Source: Clostridia bacterium
Lineage (GTDB): Bacteria > Bacillota > Clostridia > Christensenellales > Borkfalkiaceae
Direction: 5' to 3'
Length of the DNA: 28,102 nt
Assembly: GCA_034184645.1 (NCBI GenBank)
Contig: JAXFZW010000064.1
Location: 1 to 28,102 of the forward strand
Positions 16,229 through 24,367 of this stretch are shown piece after piece. Each line of letters begins with the position of its first letter. The stretch's first letter is position 1. Below the pieces are notes generated by a model. The model saw nothing but the letters and a program-made list of their open reading frames with translations, had not been told where the DNA came from and searched no databases. The position numbers and the translations under genes were made by a program.

Positions 16229-17617
16229 ATGATTTTGACAGCAAAAAGTTTTAATGATAATACGGAAAACATGCAATACGTCGTATTTATGCTGACTAAT
16301 ATCAGGTGTGACGACGTAGAGCATTTCCTTCCGGACATGAAAGCCCTTCACGGGGACAACGATCCGAAGTCAGGTCGTATGTACGCTTTCGGCGTAGTCG
16401 GACCGTTTATATTGAATCACACGGTTGCAAGGATAAACGAACAAGTCGACAAGTGGCTTGACCTTGCGGAAAAATACGACATACCGATATATTTCCAAAT
16501 GGACGACTGCAAACAGTATTTTACCTTTCACAGGCGTCCTACCGAATATTTTAAGGACGACAAAAATTGCGTTCACAAAAACTCGTGGGGAAAACGGTGC
16601 ACTCATTTTTACACCGATCCCGAAATGTGCGAGTGGATCGCTTTACCTAAAAAGGACGAAAAGTGGGGCGGTCAGCAATACGGTAAATTACCGAGATGGC
16701 TTTGCGATTGGGGCGACGTTAAAAACTTTGCCCACGTAAAAGGCGGCTTTCCCTGTTTTAACTCGGAAACATACCTTAAATGGTACGATAACCAAATAAA
16801 CGAAGGATTTATCAAGCCGCTTGCAAATCGCCTTAAAAAGTGGCAAAACGAAGGTAAGGATTACTTGTTTGCCGGCGTTTGTACGGGTTGGGAAACGATG
16901 ATTCCCGATTATCAGGACGACGCGGTAATAAGCAGCGGTTTAAGTCCGTTTTACGCAAAACTGTATCCGTGGGAAAAGACGCAGTACGGCATGCACGCCA
17001 TTTATAATCTGAAAGACGAAAGCGGCGAAAGACTTTACGATACTGACGAAAAATTATCCAAAGCGGCGGAAAAGGCGGGTCTTACACTTCCGATGTTCAA
17101 AAGGGAACTGCTTTACAAGGTGATTCACGGTTACATCGAGCATACCTGTAAACTTTTCCACGATGCGGGAATAAGCCGCATGAAAATTTTAAGCCACACG
17201 GTTTCGCGTGCGTCGCTTATGGATAAGGCGGATACCTTTGCGTCACCCGTTTGGGTAAACGTAAACGACTACTGCCTGCCGGCTTGGTCGATGGCTGTTT
17301 CCTGTCCGTACGACATGAAGGTTATAAGCAAAACGATTGCCGAAAAAGCGCCGGGGCTTAACGCTTACGCAAATGCGGAAGGTTATACGTCGAACGGCGG
17401 CGGAAACGAGCAAGCGTGCAAAAAGTATATTGAAGACTTTTTGGGCGGAAACGCAAGGCTTATTACCATATTCGGTTACGACTACGGCGCGGCAAAGTCG
17501 GACATTATGGGATATCCGCGAGATAAAGATTTTTACTTTACAAAACTGATTAAAGATTGGCGGACTAAAAAACTTCTTCCGGAATACGATTTTAACCGTC
17601 GTCCGGAAATGAAATAA
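16229..17617 (+). CDS. cytoplasmic paralog of the 14610-16199 protein (no signal peptide)
   Basis: Colinear with the upstream gene (QYVVFMLTN, HG.NDPKS.RMYAFG, DP.MCEWIALP, GGFPCFNSE.YL.WYDNQI.EGFIKPL, KDYLFAGVCTGWETM.PDY). SD GGGGG precedes ATG 16229. Confidence 0.6.
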   Translation: MILTAKSFNDNTENMQYVVFMLTNIRCDDVEHFLPDMKALHGDNDPKSGRMYAFGVVGPFILNHTVARINEQVDKWLDLAEKYDIPIYFQMDDCKQYFTFHRRPTEYFKDDKNCVHKNSWGKRCTHFYTDPEMCEWIALPKKDEKWGGQQYGKLPRWLCDWGDVKNFAHVKGGFPCFNSETYLKWYDNQINEGFIKPLANRLKKWQNEGKDYLFAGVCTGWETMIPDYQDDAVISSGLSPFYAKLYPWEKTQYGMHAIYNLKDESGERLYDTDEKLSKAAEKAGLTLPMFKRELLYKVIHGYIEHTCKLFHDAGISRMKILSHTVSRASLMDKADTFASPVWVNVNDYCLPAWSMAVSCPYDMKVISKTIAEKAPGLNAYANAEGYTSNGGGNEQACKKYIEDFLGGNARLITIFGYDYGAAKSDIMGYPRDKDFYFTKLIKDWRTKKLLPEYDFNRRPEMK

Positions 17618-17701
17618 ATTTTTTAATTATTCCGAATAGTATATGAAAGGGGGCGGCGTAAGCCGCAGATAAGGGACTCCAACAGGGAAAGGAGAAAAGA
17701 G

Positions 17702-20011
17702 ATGAGTAAAACGTTAAAAAAAGTATCGTTATTCGTTTTAGGAGCGCTTTTAGCGGTATCCTGCGTTGTGGCATGGGCGTTCACGACTAAAAAAGCGGAC
17801 GCGGCGGAAACGATTACAAGCGTAAACAAAACCGTTATCGCAACTACCGATACAAATGCAAATTGGTCGTTTACGGATAATTTTAATACGGGTACGCTTA
17901 CTCCCGTACAGGCAGGTGCAAACGGTGTGTCCTATTCGATGACGTTCAACAACGTCAGCATTTCGCACGAAGGAAACAAATACAGATATTTTAATATCTT
18001 CATTGGGCCTACTAACACCGGTGATGACGGCGCGGCGGTAACGTGGGACGGCGTTGTGACAAAAAGCGGTCAACTTGCAATAAGGTTTATGGTAAACTAC
18101 GACGACGATGCAAGTTGCAGAATTTATGCCGCACCGCTCGATTCGACTGCAAACGGTTTTTACACCGGATACGACTGGGCACCGGTCGGATCTTGTTCGG
18201 TAGGCGGAAGTTTCGACATTGCGCTTTCAATTCAAAAAAGCGGTTCATCCTTCGTTTTAATGGTAAACACCATAGATATGACGACGTATTTAACGGCTCG
18301 CGGCGGTGCGGCGTTTATGAACTCGGCATATAAGACCAACATAGCGTTTGCTTCAATGGGTACAACGCTTTTAGGTAGTCTTACCTTAAACGCTTATGCG
18401 GCGTATACCGAAGACGGAGGGGAAACACCCGTAGTAGAACCTTCGACAGGTAGTTCCGCATTAAATACGACTATTGCGACCGGAAATTCGTACAACTACG
18501 CATCTGCAACCGGCTCAATGTTGCAGGCGGGCGATTACGGTTTCAATTTCAGATTCGGCGCACGCATAAATGCTGCCGTAACGGGATACCCGGGTGTAGA
18601 AATTCTTTTCGGGCCGGAAGCGGATTTATCCAACATGACGGCGACGGGACACTTCAAACTCGGTATAATGTTCAATCAGGATAACCAAGGCTTGTTCGTT
18701 TCCTACTACAATAACGGCGGCAGCGAACTTATCGTAAACAGCCCCGTTGCAGGTACGCTTTCAACGAGTAATTATCTTTACGTGACGATAGGCGTCGAAT
18801 ATAATGCGACTTCAAATATTTGGGAATTAAAAATCAACGGTGCTGCGGTTGGCGGTACAACCTTTAACGCAAATACGGGCAGCGCATTTAAAAACGCAAG
18901 CCACCTGTTCAATATGAATGTTGCCAACTCCTCGAACGTAAACGCAGTTATAACGCTCGATCAGTTTAACGCAATAAGTTCCGGTACTTCGGGCGGCGGT
19001 GACGAACCTACTCCTACGCCCACACCCGAAGGTCTTCCCGCAAATGCAATCGGCGGAATAGTCGGACAAAGCAGTTGGAACTACAACACGAGCTTAGGCA
19101 GTTATATGCAGCTCGATCAGGACGGCATAGAATTCAGAATCGGCATACGCCTTAATCAAGCGATGACCGCCGGTCAATATCCCGGGTTTAATATGTTCTT
19201 CGGTGCGAACGGCAATCCGCAAGGCAGCCCGTCTTTCAGCATAAACTTTATGCTTAACGGCGACAATCAGTGTATGTACTTTATTCTTTCGTCGGCAAGC
19301 ACTCAACTTATAGGGGCGTCGGAAAGCACGAGAATAGGTTCGCTTTCGCAAGGCGCTTACGTTGACGTTAAAATCAGCGTTCAGCGTGACGAAAACGGTT
19401 GGCGTGTATTTGTAAACGACAAGCAGATGGGTTCGACTGAATTTGCAAACAACATCGGCGGAGCGTTCCTTAACTCGTCAAATCAAACAAATATGGTAAT
19501 TTACAGCGACAATGCGTTTGCGAACGTTGCGCTTTACTCCTTTAAGGGCTTAAAGCTTACGGCGTCTGCGGGAATGTATCTCGTCAAATTTATGGTTGGC
19601 GACATCGTATGGTCCACGGCGGAAGTTGCACCCAATTCAAAAGTAAGCAAGCCTGCCGACCCCACGCACGAAAGTGCAGTAGACCTTATTTTCGACGGCT
19701 GGTACTTTAACGGAACGGCTTGGAACTTTGCGACGTCGACGGTAAATTCAAACACCACGCTTAAAGCGAAGTTCAAAGTTGAAGAAATTCAGGAAGTCGA
19801 CCTTGACGACGGCGAAGGTCAGGGCGGAAACCAGGGCGAACAAGGCGGTCAAGGTGAGCAAGGCGGAAACCAGGGCGAACAGGGCGGCATACAAACCGAC
19901 GACGGCGGCAGCGGTTGCGGTGGCAGAATTTCTGCGGAAATCCCCGTCGTTGCAATGCTGATGACGGCGGTTGCAGGGGTAATAGTTTACCTTAAAAAAC
20001 GCCGCGCTTAA
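17702..20011 (+). CDS. secreted surface protein: three beta-rich repeat domains, InlB B-repeat (Listeria-Bacteroides repeat), Gly/Gln/Glu linker, and Gly-Cys/TM/basic C-terminal anchor
   Basis: Signal peptide ends KKADA. EPTPTPTPE linker. B-repeat YLVKF...PADPT...FDGWY...WNF...VNSNTTLKAKF at ~19577-19774. The tail is SGCGG-x6-hydrophobic helix-KKRRA. Confidence 0.8.
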   Translation: MSKTLKKVSLFVLGALLAVSCVVAWAFTTKKADAAETITSVNKTVIATTDTNANWSFTDNFNTGTLTPVQAGANGVSYSMTFNNVSISHEGNKYRYFNIFIGPTNTGDDGAAVTWDGVVTKSGQLAIRFMVNYDDDASCRIYAAPLDSTANGFYTGYDWAPVGSCSVGGSFDIALSIQKSGSSFVLMVNTIDMTTYLTARGGAAFMNSAYKTNIAFASMGTTLLGSLTLNAYAAYTEDGGETPVVEPSTGSSALNTTIATGNSYNYASATGSMLQAGDYGFNFRFGARINAAVTGYPGVEILFGPEADLSNMTATGHFKLGIMFNQDNQGLFVSYYNNGGSELIVNSPVAGTLSTSNYLYVTIGVEYNATSNIWELKINGAAVGGTTFNANTGSAFKNASHLFNMNVANSSNVNAVITLDQFNAISSGTSGGGDEPTPTPTPEGLPANAIGGIVGQSSWNYNTSLGSYMQLDQDGIEFRIGIRLNQAMTAGQYPGFNMFFGANGNPQGSPSFSINFMLNGDNQCMYFILSSASTQLIGASESTRIGSLSQGAYVDVKISVQRDENGWRVFVNDKQMGSTEFANNIGGAFLNSSNQTNMVIYSDNAFANVALYSFKGLKLTASAGMYLVKFMVGDIVWSTAEVAPNSKVSKPADPTHESAVDLIFDGWYFNGTAWNFATSTVNSNTTLKAKFKVEEIQEVDLDDGEGQGGNQGEQGGQGEQGGNQGEQGGIQTDDGGSGCGGRISAEIPVVAMLMTAVAGVIVYLKKRRA
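19823..19881 (+). repeat. coding direct repeat in the GGNQGEQ/GGQGEQ linker
   Basis: The exact 20-mer GGCGGAAACCAGGGCGAACA occurs at 19823-19842 and 19862-19881. Confidence 0.9.
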
Positions 20012-20047
20012 ATCAAGCGAAAAGCTTAAAAATAAAAATTAAACGTA

Positions 20048-20084
20048 CAACGGCGGAGCATTTTTTGCTCCGCCGTTGCTTTAT
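20048..20084 (+). terminator. intrinsic terminator closing the 9423-20011 operon
   Basis: 13-bp stem CAACGGCGGAGCA / TGCTCCGCCGTTG followed by CTTTAT (a short U-tract). Confidence 0.72.
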
Positions 20085-20185
20085 AATAAAGTATAAATTT
20101 TTGGTTAAATAATATCAAAAACACGTACAAACCGCGTATAAATTGCGCAAAATGGCTAAAACATTTAAAAAAATTAAAACAGGTA

Positions 20186-20214
20186 TTGATTTTGTCATAT
20201 TCTTATAGTAGAAT
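20186..20214 (+). promoter_or_regulatory. sigma-A-type promoter of the first large-protein + peptide unit
   Basis: TTGATT, 17 nt, TAGAAT, with an A/T-rich UP-like region upstream. Confidence 0.65.
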
Positions 20215-20392
20215 ATAAATAGACAACTTGGCAATTTGACTAGATACGGCGGGTAAGCTCAAAAGGGTTTAGCCGTTATTTATTCTCTAAAAAATTCGTC
20301 GGTCGTCATATTTTAATAATGAAAAGGCTACAACGGGTGTTGCTAGTTTTTTGCGCCTTTCTTAAAATATCCCAAGGGGGGAAAGGGATTTT

Positions 20393-23300
20393 ATGAGAAG
20401 TTTTTTTAAGGCTGTTTCACTTAAACGCAAAATTGCGGTAGGTTTGCTTGCCGCGCTGTTTTTAGGTTGTGCGGCGTTTATGGGTTTTTCCGCCCTTACG
20501 AGCAGAACGGAAACTGCTTCGGCTACTAATGTAAATACGCGAATAATTAATTCGGGTTCGTCTTCTGATACGACGTGGATTTATTCGGCAAATAACAGTA
20601 ACGCTTTTGCTCCGGCGTCGGCAAACGGTGCGGTGTTGAACCTTGTCGTTCACCCTAACGTTGCGGACGGGTCGGTATCATACAGGTCGTTTTACGTATC
20701 TTTTGCTCCCGACAGCTCTGCAAGTTCCGGTTTCGTTTGGGGCCAAAGTACGACTTACGGGCTTAATTCGGGCAGATTCATGATCGAGTTCATGGTAAAC
20801 GAGGACATCAACGGCATATATACGCAGTATCACGTTCCTAACGGTGCCGGCGGCTCGTATTCTACGGGGTACATGCAGCTTTCTCCGAACATTTGGAATG
20901 CAGGTGCGACTGTCTCTCAAATGCCGTATTTTACGTTAAACATCGTAATGGCACAATTTAGCGGCGTTTGGGACGTAGTTATAAACGACAGAACGGACTT
21001 ATCGCTTGTTACGCGTATTGCCGCTAACGGATGGGGCGCTAACGGTTTTTCGGCTTTTATCGGTCCGGACTACTTTACGGCGGGAAGATATAACTTTGCA
21101 GTCCGCAATAAGTCTGACCTTTCCGCGGTAATTAACAAAATAGACGTTTATTACGGCGGATGCAGGGCGATAGATTCGGCAGAAAACACTTATATTCAGG
21201 CGCGCGCAACCCGTTGGGTAACCCCATATGCTGCAAGCGCTAACGCATACGGTACGATTGAAGGATCACTTGTTCAACTTAACGATCACGGCGGATACGT
21301 CGATTTTGCGTTTTTATTTACGTCACGTCCTTATACGGGTGGGTACCCGATAATTTCAATAGCGTTTTCGCCTGACGGTACGTGCTATTTCAGCGATTCT
21401 GACGGTACGCTCGGCTCAAACGGTCGTTTTTACGTCAATGTAATGATAAACGGCGACAACGGAGGCATTTACGTTTCACCGCACTTTTACAAAGGAATGA
21501 GTGAAAGCAACAGTACATGGAAACTGCTCGGCACGCTCAACAACGGAGGTATTTTCGGTATAAGGTTCAAATTCGTTGCGGCGCAAGGCGGTTGGGGTTT
21601 CAAAATTTCCGACACGAGCGAGGCAACCACGTTTGATTTTACTTCAAATTTCCAACGATACGTAACGCAGTCCGCAGTAATGAGCGGCGGTTGCAGTATA
21701 AACGTCGGCGCTGCGGGATTTATGAACAACTGGTCTTCGAACTACGCAAGCGTTTACTGGATTACCAACCAAACGAGCGGAGCAAACCTTTACAACGGTT
21801 ACGACGTGAGAACTAACAGTTCCGCAATAATGGAAGTTCTTACCGGCTCGCCTGCGGAAAGGGTAAGCTACTACGACGATGCGAATTCGCACTCTGCGGG
21901 GTCGTACCTTAACTACACTTCGGGCTTTAAGGCTAATTTCAGCGTCGTTCTTACTTCCGCAATTACGTCAGACCAGGCTATTCAAATTTGTTTCGGGCCG
22001 GACAATACCGTAATGAACGCCGGGACGACTAGTCAATCGGGCATAGGTTACGCGCACTTTACGGTGGTTATGACTTTACACAGCAACGGTAACCTGTACG
22101 CCACGGTTTACTATAAACTGTCAAGCAATACGTGGACGGAACTTGCGGGCACGGAATACGGTAAAATCAAACCGATTTCATTAACCAGCGGTTCAACTAT
22201 CAATTTTACAATTGCCGTGCGCAAGTTAAACTCCGTTGCATATAACGGCAACTCGTCGACTTACGGACTTTTTGTTGACGACGTGCTTATTGACGCAACT
22301 AACTTCAATTCGTTGTTTAACAGCAGGTCACCTAAATTCGTTACGGGAACTAATAAAAATATAGCGATTACGGCAGATGTAACCAACAGTTTTTCAAATT
22401 TCCCCGGAAACGTTTATTTGTTAAGCGTGGCTGCGGATACTTCGGCTAAAACGTTTACTTCGGTAAATACGGCGACGATTTGCGACGTTTCAACGTCGAG
22501 CACTTATAACACGGCGGCGGATACGGTTTCGGCTACCGGTGGAATTTATTACTACGGTGCAACAAGCACGACTCAAAGCGCATACATAACGTTTGAATTT
22601 ACCGCAAAATACACTACATCCGCGGGAATCGTCGCAGTACTTAACGCAACGTCCGCGTCGCCTACGACCGGTGCGGGTATCATTATAAACAGCAGCAGCG
22701 GTATAAACATTATAGTCGGAAATAACAGCAGCAACTATACAGTCACAAGGAAAAATCCGTTAGCAAACAACACAACTTACACGTTCCGACTTACGGTTGC
22801 AAAGTCGAGTTCGCTCGTTTACGTCGGCGTTTGTATAGTAAACGGCTCAACGGTTACGTACAGTATGGAAGCAGTGGGAGAAGCGGCGATAAATACGTCT
22901 TCGTACACAATTTATCTCGGTGGCGCAAGCGGTTCGGTATCGTTTAATACTATAACTAACCACCGCGCGGCGTTCGATAACAACGGAACGGTGACGAGTC
23001 TTCGCTTTACGACAACTGCCGTAACCGCTCCGTCAATAACGGGTGTAGCGACTTACTACACCGGCTACTGGTACAAAGGCGGCACGTTTAATTCGACAAA
23101 CAAACGTACACCTGGCGCATCAACCGGAGATACTTCTTCGGCGGTTTACGTCAGAAAAGATATGATGAGCAATACCACGCAGATATCGGCACAGCTTAAC
23201 GCCGTAAGTTCGGGCGCACTCGTGGCGAAGTCGGGACTTTGGAGAGATTCGGTGTCCGGAAGTATGTCTACTACAAAGGGTTACCTTGCGTTTATGCACA

Positions 23301-23749
23301 ACATGAGTAAAACCTTATACAACTCGCTTGAAAGTGCGGTAAGTTCGGGTAAAATTACAGGATTTAAAATACACGTTTTATTCGGAAACAGCAGCGGTAC
23401 AAACGTAACTCCGACTGCGACATCGGGTAACCCCGGGTCAATAAATTGCAAGCTAAAAGCAACTTGCGTTGATACGGAAGAAAAGACGAAACTTATTTAC
23501 GGTGCGGATTCAAACAACTATTCGTTCGTTGGGTACATAGGAATAGGTGTCGCGAATAAGTCCGTAATTTTCCAAAGCGTTTTGTGTGTGGAAATAATTC
23601 AGCTTGACGGAACGCATACTTACGTATTATCGAATTATAGTTCAAGCACGGGTCAACAATCGCTTAAAGGCGCTGCGACTACCGCATTAACAACTTATTC
23701 AGGGACGCTTACCGCAGCACAGAAAGCCGCGATAGCGAATTATAAATAA
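20393..23749 (+). CDS. 1118-aa secreted protein with repeated beta-rich domains and a conserved C-terminal domain; function unknown
   Basis: Signal peptide ends TETASA. The protein is S/T/N/G-rich, has no C-terminal TM or LPXTG, and is colinear with 24368-27619. Confidence 0.85.
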   Translation: MRSFFKAVSLKRKIAVGLLAALFLGCAAFMGFSALTSRTETASATNVNTRIINSGSSSDTTWIYSANNSNAFAPASANGAVLNLVVHPNVADGSVSYRSFYVSFAPDSSASSGFVWGQSTTYGLNSGRFMIEFMVNEDINGIYTQYHVPNGAGGSYSTGYMQLSPNIWNAGATVSQMPYFTLNIVMAQFSGVWDVVINDRTDLSLVTRIAANGWGANGFSAFIGPDYFTAGRYNFAVRNKSDLSAVINKIDVYYGGCRAIDSAENTYIQARATRWVTPYAASANAYGTIEGSLVQLNDHGGYVDFAFLFTSRPYTGGYPIISIAFSPDGTCYFSDSDGTLGSNGRFYVNVMINGDNGGIYVSPHFYKGMSESNSTWKLLGTLNNGGIFGIRFKFVAAQGGWGFKISDTSEATTFDFTSNFQRYVTQSAVMSGGCSINVGAAGFMNNWSSNYASVYWITNQTSGANLYNGYDVRTNSSAIMEVLTGSPAERVSYYDDANSHSAGSYLNYTSGFKANFSVVLTSAITSDQAIQICFGPDNTVMNAGTTSQSGIGYAHFTVVMTLHSNGNLYATVYYKLSSNTWTELAGTEYGKIKPISLTSGSTINFTIAVRKLNSVAYNGNSSTYGLFVDDVLIDATNFNSLFNSRSPKFVTGTNKNIAITADVTNSFSNFPGNVYLLSVAADTSAKTFTSVNTATICDVSTSSTYNTAADTVSATGGIYYYGATSTTQSAYITFEFTAKYTTSAGIVAVLNATSASPTTGAGIIINSSSGINIIVGNNSSNYTVTRKNPLANNTTYTFRLTVAKSSSLVYVGVCIVNGSTVTYSMEAVGEAAINTSSYTIYLGGASGSVSFNTITNHRAAFDNNGTVTSLRFTTTAVTAPSITGVATYYTGYWYKGGTFNSTNKRTPGASTGDTSSAVYVRKDMMSNTTQISAQLNAVSSGALVAKSGLWRDSVSGSMSTTKGYLAFMHNMSKTLYNSLESAVSSGKITGFKIHVLFGNSSGTNVTPTATSGNPGSINCKLKATCVDTEEKTKLIYGADSNNYSFVGYIGIGVANKSVIFQSVLCVEIIQLDGTHTYVLSNYSSSTGQQSLKGAATTALTTYSGTLTAAQKAAIANYK

Positions 23750-23786
23750 GAAAAGACGAACAATACTTTTAAGGAGAGAAGGCGAA

Positions 23787-23942
23787 ATGCAAAAGTTCAA
23801 GTATGAAAAGCCTTTAATAGAAATATATTTAAGACCGGAAGGCGAAGAAGACGTTTTGGACTTCATCGGAACCAGCCCGAACGCAGGCGGAGGCAGCGGT
23901 AACAGCGGCGGCGCGGGTAGCGGCGGCGACTTCAACAATTAG
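23787..23942 (+). CDS. 51-aa YEKP/Gly-rich peptide MQKFKYEKPLIEIYLRPEGEEDVLDFIGTSPNAGGGSGNSGGAGSGGDFNN (not in the ORF track)
   Basis: SD AAGGAG at 23771-23776, ATG 23787 and TAG 23940-23942. It has the same architecture and position as the 27633-27803 peptide. Confidence 0.85.
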   Translation: MQKFKYEKPLIEIYLRPEGEEDVLDFIGTSPNAGGGSGNSGGAGSGGDFNN

Positions 23943-24052
23943 TAGGTTTTGCAGTTTAATTGCGCCGATAAAGTGCTTAAATAAGCTGAAAGTGTACCCT
24001 TTGGCAAGCTTAAAAGTATATTTTCGGAATATATGATAAGGTAATAAAACTT

Positions 24053-24084
24053 AAACCCTTGCGATAGCAGGGGTTTTGTTTTTT
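24053..24084 (+). terminator. intrinsic terminator closing the first protein + peptide unit
   Basis: AAACCCTTGC-gata-GCAGGGGTTT followed by TGTTTTTT. Confidence 0.82.
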
Positions 24085-24195
24085 AGTAACTTTGCTTAAC
24101 GTAAAAGTATTTTAGTCCGTACATTTAAAAACGGCTTTTCATACGGGGCAAAATGTACCTAAATGGCTGAAATTAATTTTTTCTTAAATTTTATA

Positions 24196-24224
24196 TTGAA
24201 CGGCTTTACTCTTTATAGTATAAT
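24196..24224 (+). promoter_or_regulatory. sigma-A-type promoter of the second large-protein + peptide unit
   Basis: TTGAAC, 17 nt, TATAAT. The context TTATAGTA(T/G)AATA is shared with the 20186 promoter. Confidence 0.72.
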
Positions 24225-24367
24225 AATCATAGGGACAATATCGAATAAATTTCTAGCGTTTTTGCCGTATCGCATGTCGAAACAAAAAAAGGTTTCGGCT
24301 GGGTTATGGTTTTAAATGCTATAAATTGATTGCATCTTGGGAAAATCTTTATTGATAGGGGGATGTT

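Noticed and set aside
898-16229. ORF-track starts at 124, 898, 6407, 9402, 16214 and 27600
   Set aside because: They were replaced by <1, 913, 6401, 9423, 16229 and 27633 on the basis of the open frame, SD position or promoter geometry.
19811-19890. The GEQ/GGQ repeat as a collagen-like domain or CRISPR-like repeat
   Set aside because: It is too short, lacks a sustained Gly-X-Y register, is in-frame coding and has no spacers. It is a low-complexity linker.
20221-24367. c-di-GMP or other known riboswitch in the leaders of the large surface genes
   Set aside because: No GEMM-type GGCAAAC...GAAA...GACGCAAAGC core or other consensus was recognisable by eye. An Infernal search would be needed.
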